A stretch of DNA of 64,000 nucleotides, taken from contig NC_068985.1 of NCBI RefSeq assembly GCF_001194135.2, forward strand, positions 26,082,919-26,146,918, in the 5' to 3' direction. Shown piece after piece: positions 24,701 to 34,983 of the stretch. The notes under the pieces are model-generated. The model was given only the letters and a program-made list of their open reading frames with translations, was not told the DNA's origin and ran no database searches. This DNA is from Octopus bimaculoides. Lineage: Eukaryota. Every line of letters starts with the position of its first letter. The stretch's first letter is position 1. Position numbers and translations under genes: made by a program.

Positions 24701-27700
24701 NNNNNNNNNNNNNNNNNNNNNNNNNNNNNNNNNNNNNNNNNNNNNNNNNNNNNNNNNNNNNNNNNNNNNNNNNNNNNNNNNNNNNNNNNNNNNNNNNNNN
24801 TACGTTTTTGCGTCGTAACTCCTTTATTATTATTTATATATACATATATACATACATACATATCCTTTTTTACTTTTACTTGTTTCAGTCATTTGACTGT
24901 GGCCATGCTCGAGCACTGCCTTTAGTCGAATCAAAACGACCCCAAGACTTATTCTTTGTAAGCCTAGTACTTATTCCGTGTGTGTGCGTGTGCGTATGTG
25001 TGTGTGTGTCATATGTATGTCGAATACATTTTACAGTATGATGCAATTCTGAAGCATGAAGCTTCTTTGCCTAAAGTGACAATTCTTAGGTTCAAATAGC
25101 AGTATAAGTGGTCTTGCATTTTTAATCACTCATCACCTCAAGTAGTTTCAAGAGTTACAGATGATGAACAGAAGAATTTGTTTGCGTAGAAAATTATCAA
25201 TGAAGACAACAAAATAATTTACAAATAATTTAGATATTTGCCATTTTGACAAGCAATCCACAATTTTTAAATTAATAATAAAGTCTACATAGAATGTCTC
25301 AAGCAGAAAATAATTTCAAAGGACACGTTTAAAACAGAAAATATAGTACTTAATATTAGAGAATATGTAACAAGGTTTATTTAATAATACTGGACTGCTA
25401 AACCTAACTTCCATATATTTTGATCAATAGTTTTGATTCATTCTCTGAGTCTTTGGATGCCCTGTTAATACGTATAAATATATCCATAAGCTGAATTTAA
25501 ACTCAAAACTTTTATTTCTAACACTAGGTTTTAAGAGTATAAAACATCCATACTAAATGTGAATTTCTGAGCATATAGCCAAACAACTTCTGGGCTTATT
25601 ATGCAAGGTAGACAACACCTACAAAAAGGACAGGAGTACAGAGGATTCAGCCCTCTGGAGTTCTACCTCAATAAATGTCAAATATTTGGAATTAGAGTAA
25701 TGCCATAAGTGTTTCGATGCTATTTTGGTCCACCAGCCAGCAGCACAAATTCTGACCGTCCAATAACACCTCTGGAACTTACAACTAACAACATGTCAAT
25801 GAAGTGAAGTGGAAGTTGAGAGAGCAAACAAGCTGGACATTAGTCATAGACATATATTTAATCTATTCTGATATTGGCACTCTTTTAATTCTTATAGTAA
25901 AGCAGTTGTCATGTTGGCTTGAGTTAAGAGTAGCAATTTTGTTTGTGATCATATCTTTCAAATGAAATCCATGGAACACATAGTGTAAACTGGATATGAA
26001 AGAAAAATGTAGCTAAACAAGATCAGAAACAAGGAGAAACAAGATACGGAAAAAAATTCAACAGCCAAAATAGTAAAAACTTGTGGCCTTCAGTAAAAAG
26101 CAAGAAATGATCCAACAAAAGTTTGACTTGAAATGATGAAATGAAGCTTTAAACAGGTCAAACCGTAAAAATCAGCAGTACTAAGACTCAGTGGAGTTAG
26201 AACTTCACTCAATCTTCCAAATTTTTGTACAATAAACTTTATTTATGCAAATAAAGAACAACTGATGCCATCTCAGGTCTTCTTTTTTTTAAAGTTCTTC
26301 AATTTTTAGGCTGAAGAATCAACAACATCTGCAAGAGGCAGACTAAAAAGTCAGTCACCATGTGCTGCTTTTTTGGCTAATGATACAATTGTCTTCTGGT
26401 AATTATAAATTCCCAAAGACAATTTATGGATATTTAAACAGTAAATCTAGTATATGAGATTATTCATATGTGCACCATAGTATACTTTCTATTTAGAACT
26501 ATGGATAGTTACGAAAAAGAAATTTTAATGTGTTAGTTTAAGATAATGAAGTCAGATTCAAACATAAATAGAGCAAACTTTCCTCTGATGATAACATTTT
26601 TTAAAGAATAATTACAAAAAAAAAAGTTGATTATAATAAAGAGACCATGTTGTGAAGTATAAATACATTTCAAGCAACACTTTAAAATTTTTTATTTTCT
26701 CACAGTTCATGTAAGAAAATAGAAGAATTTTTTAAAATTTATGATATCAAAAGAAAATAAATCAACCCAGTCTCTCTGTTAAATTTTCTTTTTTTTTTTT
26801 TTTTTACATAACTTCTTTTGACAAAGTACAAAGGTGACTGAATCAAGTAAATGCATTACTGATAATGGTTTTACTGACTCAAAACAAAATCAACTTGGGC
26901 AGAATTTGAACTCAGAACAAAGATAAAAACTAAATACTTTAAAGCTTTAAATCTAGAACACCACTATTGCTACTAATCCACAATTTGAAAAGTTTATTAC
27001 TTACTCTTTTCGTAATACATCATCATGAATTTTTTCACAATTTCCTGGAAAAGTAACAAGGATTCAATTAATAGTTTTCATTATTCCATTTTACAAAATT
27101 GTAGTCTGTGTGTACATTGGGATGGCTGTGTTTAACAAGTTTTCTTTGAAATTACATGAGTTCAGGTTCAGCCCCACTACATAGCTCTCTTTAGGCAAGT
27201 GAATTCTACAAGTCTTGGAGTAACCAATACCATGAAGATGAAATTTGGGAGATGGAGGCTGTGCAGAAACCCAGTGTGTGTGCATGTATGTATGTTGGTA
27301 TTTGTCCAAATATCTTAGCACTGACAGCATTGAAGCTGTAGTCACATTGTTTATATTTGCCACTAATAAAAAGTTCAGCAGCTTGGCTGTCCAACATGCA
27401 AAGACAAGAGATAAAGTACTGTACTTGGAAAACAAGTCAGGAAGAGCATCAGACAGGATACTGCTTCACAAAGCCTCATCTAGCCCATGCCAGCACGAAA
27501 GTGCAGCATCAGTGTGCATGTACAATGAAGTGCACATATATTGGGCATCAGATGTAGTGTGCAAGAGAGAAGACAGTGCTAGTATGGCCATGTGATGCAT
27601 AAAGCTGGGGATAGCTGCATAAAGTACCAGTCGCTAAGGGTGGATGGGACCTGTGCAAGAGGAAGACAGGGGAAGATGTGGAATGAAGTAGTGAAGAATG

Positions 27701-30700
27701 ACATCTGACTGTTGAGCCTCATAGAAGAGATAACAAAGGACTGAACATAAGCATCAGACATGGCATGCAAGAGAGATGACTGCACTGGTATGGTCATGTG
27801 TTACGTATGGATGAGGACGGCTGTGTGAAGAAGTGTCACACCCTAACAGTGGAGGGAACCTGTAGAAGAGGTAGACCCAGAAAGACCTGGGATGTGGTGG
27901 TGAAACACAACCTTTAAATGTTAGGCCTCACAAAGGCAATGACAAGTGACCAAGACCTTTGGAGATATGCTGCACTTGAGAAGACATGGCAAGCCAAGTG
28001 AGATTATAGCTGTGGCCTATGCCAGTGTTGCATAACCGGCCCATTTAAGAGTACTCTTCAATTGTTGGGCAATATGCTGTGTTTGAGAAGACCTGTTGAG
28101 TCAAGTGAAATCACTGTCGTGGACAATGCCAGTGCTGGAAGCACATAAAAAACACCATTTGAGCATGGTCGATGCCAGTGGCATGGAACAAGGACCCACT
28201 ACTCGCGGAATGGTTGGCATTAGAAAGGGCATCCAGCTGTAGAATCCTTGCCGGATCAGTCTCCTGGCTTGCCAGTCCTTAGTCAAACCATCCAACCCAT
28301 GCCAGCATGGAAAGCAGACCTTAAACGATGATGATGATAATGATGATATATAAACTATGTAGAACCTCCAAATAATCAACATGATAAAAATATCAGAATA
28401 GGCTATCATCCAAACCAGGGGGGAAATTGGACACAAATCACAGAGTAAAATAATGAAGTTATACTTAGAAGAAAAAATTTCAATTTTCTATACACCTATT
28501 TCTCATTTTAAATAACAAAAATAAAAAGTCCAGAGGAATTTAGCTACTATTAACCCTTTAGCATTCTGATTACTGCTAAATGTAATGCTCCTTTATTCAC
28601 ATTGCTTTAAATCAATCATGCAATATTTCATAGCTTCAATATTTTAATGTGATTGTTTATTTTTAGAATGACATTGCAGGGTATGTATGAGGTAGGATCT
28701 GGCTGATGTGAACATAAAACAAGTAGAATATTTGGGTTGCACTTGACTGGTTTAAATGCTAAAGGGTTAAACATTTCACTGGACAAAGATATTACTGATT
28801 ACAACCTTAAAACATAGATTGCATTGTGGTGTGTTCTTAAGGAAGGTCATTCCATTCAGAAAACCAGTGTCAATCATACTTTATCAAACAATTGTTGGGA
28901 ACTATAAAAAATATCTGGCAAATCTTTTGACAGGGGCATTTGAAGGAATAAATTTGTAATCAATTCACTATGAATGAAAAGAGAAAAATTAAAATATAAT
29001 CATATTCTCTTAGTCTTTCTCTGAAAAATTCATTATAAAGGAAATCAGATTTTGGGGTAAGTTATAATGATGAATTCATTAAAATATTTTCAGCCAAAAA
29101 TGCAAGAATTTATAACTGATGTAAATAGACTTATTATATAACTAGCTATGAACATAGACAATAAAGTTATTATATGAAGCAAAATACTCACCAAGATCTG
29201 CTCTTGTATTAACAAATAACTCATGAGGACAAAACCCACACAAAAAGTATTTGCAAACCTGTTTCAAAACATTAAAAATATCACAAAACAAATAAAATCT
29301 TTTCTATTCTGAATGTTCATGGGGCAACTAATATGCTAACATTTGTTATAAAATAATATTGTTGGATATTTACTCAGAACATGTGTTAAAAAAACAAAAA
29401 AACTAAAGCTTTATGACTGAAAATAATATAGCAACCAGTTGACAATAACACCAGTAACAACTGTCTTCACATGTTTTGTAGTGAGCTTGTTTCCTGTAAA
29501 CAAGTGCACTATAAAACATGTAAAATCTTATTTTAATAGAAAAGTTAATTTCATCTTGATAAAATTTGAAAATAATAACCAAATGGCAGTACATATTTAA
29601 TGCTGTTTTTAAAAATCTTAATTTCACTGTCATCAACAACTATACTGCATACAACCAAGTGAGTATCTGAAGGGTTTGATATTTTCATAATACCTTAGAG
29701 GTATTCAGCCATTATCAGAAGCAGCATACTGTCAGTCATTTCTCGTGGTGCACTGAAGCACTTGTTCCACTTGTAAAAATACTGCTCTAGTATGTCACTG
29801 TATCCACATCGATCAGATACTGAAGTCAGTTCTTTTTAAAACACCAGGAGCAGAAAACTACAAATCCTGTTTTTACAACACACACACACCTTCAATGTTA
29901 ATCACTTATTGACCATAATAGTCTTTTGTATGTGTGTGTTGGCTACAAGGAAGTTATTACTAGATTTAATTGTTGTTTAGATCCAAATCAGTCCTTTTGG
30001 AATAGACCACTAGTAAAACAACTGTGATCCACAGATTTATTGCATCAGATATACCATAACTAGCTGAATGACTGCAAATTAACATGAAGTGCTTTGTTAC
30101 TGAGTTTGTTACCAATCAAATTCAGTGATCTTGCTAAATTCAATGATGTAGAAAAAAAAGTTAAAACTGGATTTTCAATAGGAAGGCTGATCACCCATTG
30201 ATACATATCTTTGATCATAAATCAAACAAAATAAAACTCTCATACTCATTCCTAATGAAACTTTCCAATCTGGTACTTTTAATGGGAACTACAAATCTAA
30301 AATGAACAAAATGATATAACTACCAAGCACCCTGTTCAGGTTAGAAAATACTTAAATTTCAAACACCTGCTGACCTAATACACAATCTTATTTAAGTGCA
30401 TTGCTCCTATGTTTTAATTGATTTTCCAGGACTAGTTTATGTTTAATAAAAAATAACTTATTTTCCTAAGTTTTAACATAATCTCCTTTGAAATAGTCAC
30501 CTTGCACAGAAATACACCAGTCCCAGCATTCCTGCCAATTTTGGAATCCAGCCTGGAAATCATTTTCCATAAGGAAGTCAAGCACCTTCTGTGATCCATT
30601 CTGGATCTTGACAACGGTGTTAAAATGGCAATCCTTGAGCTGCATTTTCATCTTAAGAGAAAAGATGGAAGTCTGCAGGTGCTAAACAGGACTTGTATGG

Positions 30701-33700
30701 AAGTGATACTATGTTATTTTTGGCAGAAAACTCATGAGTAGGAGAGCTCAGTGAAAGGGTGTATTATCATCCTGAAGAATCCAATCCTTTGCATTCAACA
30801 GATCCAGTTGCTTTTGCTAAATGTCCTCCCACAAACGCTTCAAAACATTGCAGGTCTGGCCCTGTAGGATAAATTCTCAAAGTATAACACCACTTTTCTG
30901 GGGGATGACGCTCATGACAGGTCGTCCAGATTGCTCATCATCTTCCACTCTTGAAGTGCCTGTGCCACTCAAAACATTGTGTACAACTCATTGCCTCATC
31001 GCTGTAAACTTGCCAAAGTATGCTCAATGTTTCTGTAGCAGACTTCCCAAGTTTAACACAAAATTTCATGTGGGCTCTTTCTTCCTGTCCATGACAACAG
31101 CAAATATGTGATCACAAAAACACAAATTTCACAACTTGCGAAGTAAACACAGCAATGTCACTCAACATACTGCTTCATGAAGGTCATTGCACGTGCAACC
31201 GTGTGCTGCCATCTGTTGGTGCGCTACAGAACTAGTCCAGGAACTTGTTTCACTCACTGGAATGCAGCTATGCAGGGACACCATATTGGAGGGTTGATGA
31301 TCAAACCTTTATTTTACTACACGACCTTTTCTGCTCAAACCCTAAATTAGGGAGATGTAAACAAACTAACACTAGTTGTTAAACAGTGAAAGAGAAACAC
31401 AAATGCATACATATACATAACAGGCTTCTGCACAGATTTCTTCTACCAAATTTACTCACAAAATACTGGTTAACCTGGGGTTTTAATGAAATACCCAAGG
31501 TGCTGAGATTAATCCCGAAACCAACATAATTGCAAAGCAAACATCTTAATCTCTCATCCATGCAGTTAATGTAGATTTAACATCAGTTTAAATGTCCGTT
31601 TTCTATGCTTACATAGGTCAGACAGAATTTGTTGAAATAGATTTTTTTTACAACCAAATGTATTTTTGTCACCAACCCTCATCTGTTTCTAAGCAAGGTA
31701 ATATTTTTCAAGGCCGGGCAGGTTTTCTTGGAGGATTGGAGGCATTCAGATGAGGTCTACGGTTTGAGGATAATTTACTCTCCCTCCCACTATTTTTGGA
31801 TGTCCTGCAAAATGGACATGAGCCTCAATACCAAAAAGTAAATGTAAAACATCCGCTGAGTTAACAAAGATTTAAAGTTTTAGATTTTACTTCAGTAGAT
31901 TTAGATGACAAAATTTTAGTTAAAGCTATGAAAAACAAAATTATTTTGGATGAGAAAAATGTTTTAAACTTTCTAGAGTATTTGCTACTCTTTTAAACTG
32001 ATCGCTCATAAACTTCGGTTAAGCACATTTGTGAGCTCTTGCCTACATATCCATACAGAGAATACGGATTTTAAACGTAACAAAAATATCACTTTTGTCA
32101 TTACTTATGTATTTAAAAATCCGCTAAATATTTTTTTTCGGTACTGTCATGATATTAGCTGTCAGAAGCGAAAGTAGAAAAATCTAAACAAGGAATGTTA
32201 CTGCTGGTTTGAGTTGAAATCTGTTTCTTTGGCTACTGACTGGCCGGAGCTATCTATCTATCTTTCTTTCTATTTATCTATCTATCTATCTATCTGTCTG
32301 TCTATCTCTCGTCCACCTTCGTTTGTTTCCGTAGAATTTATCAAATTAGAAAAAAAAACTTTTTGGCTACTTCCATCATGCCAGCTCCACACGAGGGGCA
32401 TATTTTTGGGGTAAATATATTTTTGCATTCTTCATTATTATTTTTAAAAACAAATCACATACACCAATCAGCACCACCACCACGACGCGTAATCCAAAGT
32501 TGGAATTAATCACCGCGATATTGCCATCGCCACCGCTACAACAGAAAATAGTATTAATTGGCTTAAGAGACATGGACTTTTAAATACCCCAAAAATATGA
32601 CCCTCGTGTGGAGCTAGCATGATGGAAGTAGCCAAAAAGTTTTTTTTTCTAATTTGATAAATTCTACGGAAACAAACGAAGGTGGACGAGAGATAGAGAG
32701 ATAGACAGACAGACAGACGGATAAATAGATAGCTCCAGCCAGTCAGTAGCCAAAGAAACAGATTTCAACTCAAACCAGCAGTAACATTCCTTGTTTAGAT
32801 TTTTCTACTTTCGCTTCTGACAGCTAATACCATGACAGTGCCTTTTTATCTACTCTAGGCACAAGGCCCGAAATTTTGGGGGAAAGAGTCAGTCGATTAG
32901 ATCGACCTCAGTACGCAACTGGTACTTAATTTATCGACCCCGAACGGATGAAAGACAAAATCGACCTCGACGGAATCTGAACTAAAAACGTAAAGACACG
33001 AAATACCGCTAAGCATTTCGCCCGGCGTGCTAACGATTCTGCTAGCTCGTCGCCTTCAAATTGTAGAATATTGTTTTACGAGTGGAATATCGAAAGAATT
33101 TAAATAATATTAACTTAAAACAATATCAGAAAAAAAGCTATAACAAAGTTGCTGGAAATTTTATGTAAGGAAATAGGGACTGCACGTTTCTTTTTAAGAA
33201 AATGGCTTGTTTACACGGGTTAAGTCTCAGATACTTGAATACTGTTGACAATCAAACACAAGAGGAAGATAAAATCAATCCTCGTAAGATATGAACACAG
33301 ATCATAAAGGGACGTAACTAAACACTGCTACGCATTTGGACCAGCACTTTCTACTACTGTGATAATTTCTAACTTTAGCATGAATAATAATAATAATAAA
33401 TAATAATAATAACAATAAACTTAGAGCATCAAAAATAAAAGCACATAACAATGAAAAGATTTACGCTAACAAAGAGAAAGTTTCTATGAAAAGAAATTAA
33501 TGAAACATAAAGCGCTGATAGTATTTGAAAAATATAACGAAAACAAAGAAAATGTAAAAGATTACATTAGAACGATATGACTGGAGCGCACTGAACAATT
33601 TTGAATGTTAAATACAATTAAACGATACTTTAAAATAAGATTATGTTACACGAAAAACATTTTCTTTTCTTCAAAAAGATTCGACATGAATTGAGCTAAG

Positions 33701-34455
33701 TAGACGTTGGACAATGTGCTTAACATCACAAGTTAGTAGACAACTAGCAGATACAACTAGTTTTAACTCGATAGCTTCTCGTTTTCCAAAAACCTTATAC
33801 ATAAATAGCAGCAAAATGTAATGTTTATACATTAGAAGCAAAACATGCATTTTTACTCTTAAATAGCTTGTAACCGAAAGATCGAGAATCGAAATGCATT
33901 CATAATTTGAACGTTTTCATACAAGTTCTATCCGCGTATATATTGTATAGATTTTTCTTTTTCAAAAATCTGAGGGAATTTAAAAGTCGCTATCATGACA
34001 AATAAGGTAAGATCCGGAATCCCCTTGTATCATGACAAATGCGTCTTTCTAAAATCCCCATAGTATAAATGTAAAAATCGATTGCAAAATAGAAATATAA
34101 TATAAAACAAAAACCAATATAAAGAAAAACAGATTATTGCATATATATAAAAGATTTACAACGTCTACATTAACATCTGTTTTTTGTTTCTCTTTCTTTT
34201 ACATAATTTCCAGACGATTTATGGTTATATACGCCATAATACATCGTTTCATAATTTCAACGACCATTGCACTAATCAAGTTTTGCAGTTACAAAATTAA
34301 GAACATTTACTGGTATAATTTGCAATAAAAACAGATTTTGAAATACATACTTCTGGATCATCCCATTTCAATTCACTTCTCTTTTCAGTGGGCTGCAAAT
34401 TTCGGTCCCTTCCCATTAATTCATCCAACAGAGCCGCCGCTGCATGGGCCGCCAT
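9601..34455 (-). CDS. LUC7L3: Luc7-like protein 3 (U1 snRNP-associated splicing factor), 10 coding exons, 489 aa
   Basis: join complement(34351-34455,29192-29258,27005-27044,23731-23869,19910-19987,18514-18609,16653-16826,15568-15779,11982-12385,9601-9755) = 1470 nt, all GT-AG with consistent phases. Translation MAAHAAAALLDELMGRDRNL..VCKYFLCGFCPHELFVNTRADLGNCEKIHD (ZnF1)..MEVCNVCGALLVVGD..HIMGKQH (ZnF2), then RE-rich and RS-rich domains, ending HSEGDTK*. Confidence 0.95.
10930..11235 (-). mobile_element. RTE-clade LINE ORF C-terminal fragment
   Basis: SILKIR*PEHISNMELWQRTNQ..KWKWIGSTLRK..ALQWNPDGYRKMGRPKNSWRR, the typical RTE C-terminal motif. Confidence 0.8.
11982..12385 (-). CDS. LUC7L3: LUC7L3 coding exon 9 (RS/H-rich domain)
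   Basis: TTTTTAG| KRRSRSHGHRCQRSSSREKHK...RKILYLEN |GTAAGT; 404 nt open in the expected phase. Confidence 0.88.
12776..13170 (-). mobile_element. RTE 3'-end copy
   Basis: (CAT)n-TTTAACGTTAGTTTTCCATGCTGGCATGGGTTGGACGG, the reverse complement of the 27600-28348 tail. Confidence 0.75.
13726..14104 (+). mobile_element. Hammerhead-containing retrozyme-like / Penelope-derived unit
   Basis: 33-bp exact direct repeat CTCTGAGAGATTTAGAAATGCAATATTTCTAAT at 13726-13758 and 14072-14104 (period 346) enclosing the hammerhead. Confidence 0.6.
13844..13886 (+). ncRNA. Minimal type I hammerhead ribozyme (predicted)
   Basis: TCCAGA-CTGATGA-AGAG(caataa)CTCT-GAAAC-TA-GTC-TCTGGA: stem I 6 bp, intact CUGAUGA/GAAA core, stem II 4 bp, palindromic stem III ACTAGT, GUC cleavage triplet ending 13880. 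Confidence 0.8.
15568..15779 (-). CDS. LUC7L3: LUC7L3 coding exon 8 (RE-rich region and start of RS domain)
   Basis: RKLQSAEEREARLVREKEEREKERE...RRRRSRSRTRRSRSRE; AG / AG|GTAGTT. Confidence 0.92.
16653..16826 (-). CDS. LUC7L3: LUC7L3 coding exon 7 (zinc finger 2)
   Basis: TTTCAG| QTRQNSQTPESEKTMEVCNVCGALLVVGDIQQRIDEHIMGKQHSGYARIRTYVEERKQ |GTTTGT. Confidence 0.95.
17054..17275. mobile_element. piggyBac-type MITE, copy 1
   Basis: TTAA..TTTAGCATTC ... AATGCCAAAGGG|TTAA; same family as 28554 and 44736. Confidence 0.75.
18514..18609 (-). CDS. LUC7L3: LUC7L3 coding exon 6
   Basis: TTCTCAG| AENLGCEGKVEEAQGVMKLCDLLREERKVLEN |GTAAGC. Confidence 0.94.
18990..19170 (-). mobile_element. tRNA-derived SINE (family of 32845-33060), CpG-decayed
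   Basis: CAACCCCAAAAGGATGAAAGGCAAAATTGGCCTCAGTGGAATTTGAACTC..GCTAAGCATTTTGCCCAG. Confidence 0.7.
19910..19987 (-). CDS. LUC7L3: LUC7L3 coding exon 5
   Basis: CTCCAG| PSSNAAALKEEKVAMLTERINDLVQQ |GTATGT. Confidence 0.92.
20550..21960 (+). mobile_element. Older degenerate piggyBac relic in LUC7L3 intron 4
   Basis: LFKIRPLMD (about 20820-20850) and TKYGMKVW remnants; visible nucleotide similarity of 21040-21350 and 21810-21960 to the reverse complement of 48790-49080 and 47980-48100; ends uncertain. Confidence 0.6.
22690..22860 (-). mobile_element. RTE 3'-end copy
   Basis: TCATTTAACATCCATTTTCCATGCTGGCATC..GCCCTTCCTAATGCCA. Confidence 0.65.
23731..23869 (-). CDS. LUC7L3: LUC7L3 coding exon 4
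   Basis: YTKSGRFEKMGYEEEFMRFLQTLISDVERRIRRGHQRLALNSTQGT; AG/GTAAGT boundaries. Confidence 0.94.
23930..24100 (-). mobile_element. tRNA-derived SINE (family of 32845-33060), CpG-decayed
   Basis: CAACCCAGAAAGGATAAAAGGCAGAGTTGATCTTAGCAGAATTTGAACTCAG. Confidence 0.7.
24262..24664. mobile_element. Inverted-repeat element (83-bp arms) carrying the hammerhead-like motif
   Basis: 24262-24344 is the reverse complement of 24582-24664 with 3 mismatches; inserted next to a TA microsatellite. Confidence 0.7.
24445..24503 (+). ncRNA. Type I hammerhead-like ribozyme with a core substitution (CCGATGA)
   Basis: ATCATA-CCGATGA-(stem II with GGA/TCC and TGAG/CTCA)-GAAAC-GC-GTC-TATGAT; palindromic stem III ACGCGT. 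Confidence 0.6.
27005..27044 (-). CDS. LUC7L3: LUC7L3 coding exon 3
   Basis: TTTCCAG| (G)NCEKIHDDVLRK(E) |GTAAGT. Confidence 0.92.
27600..28348 (+). mobile_element. 5'-truncated RTE-type LINE with 3' UTR and (GAT)n tail
   Basis: LHWYGHVLRMDEDGCVKKCHTLTVEGTCRRGRPRKTW followed by a shared 3' UTR ending AAACGATGATGATGA. Confidence 0.8.
28554..28766. mobile_element. piggyBac-type MITE, copy 2
   Basis: TTAA|CCCTTTAGCATT ... AATGCTAAAGGG|TTAA (TIR and TTAA target site duplication). Confidence 0.85.
29192..29258 (-). CDS. LUC7L3: LUC7L3 coding exon 2 (zinc finger 1)
   Basis: ACAG| VCKYFLCGFCPHELFVNTRADL(G) |GTGAGT. Confidence 0.95.
30420..31260 (-). mobile_element. Internally deleted mariner (Tc1/mariner) element
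   Basis: Minus-strand remnants MKFCVKLGKSATETL..EAMSCTQCFEWHRHFKSGR (HTH region) and LAPADFHLF..WQECWDWCISVQGDYFKGD (mariner C-terminus); inverted TTCC(A/T)GGACTAGTT near both ends. Confidence 0.8.
32140..32842. repeat. Foldback / MITE-like long inverted repeat (arms about 260-270 bp, spacer about 170 bp)
   Basis: 32140-32412 is the reverse complement of 32585-32842 apart from microsatellite length differences and a few substitutions. Confidence 0.85.
32845..33060 (-). mobile_element. tRNA-derived SINE, CpG-intact copy (central domain resembles Meta/MESC type)
   Basis: Minus strand AAGGCGACGAGCTAGCAGAATCGTTAGC (A-box) .. TTTAGTTCAGATTCC (B-box-like) .. GGTCGATTTTGTCTTTCATCCGTTCGGGGTCGATAAATTAAGTACCAG. 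Other copies at about 17640-17780, 18990-19170, 23930-24100 and 26880-26980. Confidence 0.75.
34351..34455 (-). CDS. LUC7L3: LUC7L3 coding exon 1
   Basis: CAAAATGGCG start; MAAHAAAALLDELMGRDRNLQPTEKRSELKWDDPE; donor GAA|GTATGT. Confidence 0.93.
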
Positions 34456-34778
34456 TTTGGAAACAAATTAGGACAAGATGACGATGTTTTCTCCGATATT
34501 AGAATTTCTTTTTTATATTTCATCAGCAATAAAAAAAGTATCACATAATTACAATCGAATTTCCAAAATATGCCAAATACTTAAGTTACGATAAAATGAC
34601 GTACATTTATTTTGAAAATGCGTAAATAACACGGCGATCGGGAACTTCCGTTACAAATCGGGCACGAGACAACACGCATGTCTCTTATTTGGATCGTGAC
34701 GTCACGAAAGATCCACACGCGGTGTCCGTGCAGAGTTCAGCAAATTTTAGAGGAGACTTTTTAACAGAAAAAACACTT
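34456..34778. promoter_or_regulatory. Bidirectional promoter / 5' UTRs shared by LUC7L3 and eRF3
   Basis: 323 bp between divergent ATGs; locally CpG-rich; 14-bp palindrome TCGTGACGTCACGA (CRE core, 34694-34707); ETS-like ACTTCCG (34644-34650); YY1-like CAAAATGGCG overlapping the LUC7L3 ATG. Confidence 0.8.
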
Positions 34779-34983
34779 ATGGCCTCTGAAGATAATGATA
34801 ACAGTGCCCCAGACTCCTGGGAACAAAGTCTGAATGATTCTCCTGAAAACGAATCGAGTTTGGATGAATTAAATTCTACTTTATCTTACTTAAATGTTAA
34901 TGCTGCAGAATTCGTTCCTGGTCAAAATGTACATGCTCCTGAATTCGTACCTTCGTTCATGAAAGATCCTGAAAGTCTACAAG
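34779..34983 (+). CDS. GSPT1: eRF3 exon 1 with tandem PAM2 (PABP-binding) motifs
   Basis: [16 protein letters not shown]...[23 protein letters not shown]...; donor AAG|GTAATT. Confidence 0.9.

Noticed and set aside
34689-34778. 30-codon non-AUG N-terminal extension of eRF3
   Set aside because: It begins at a TTG upstream of the CRE palindrome, probably within the promoter, and the peptide has no recognisable motif.
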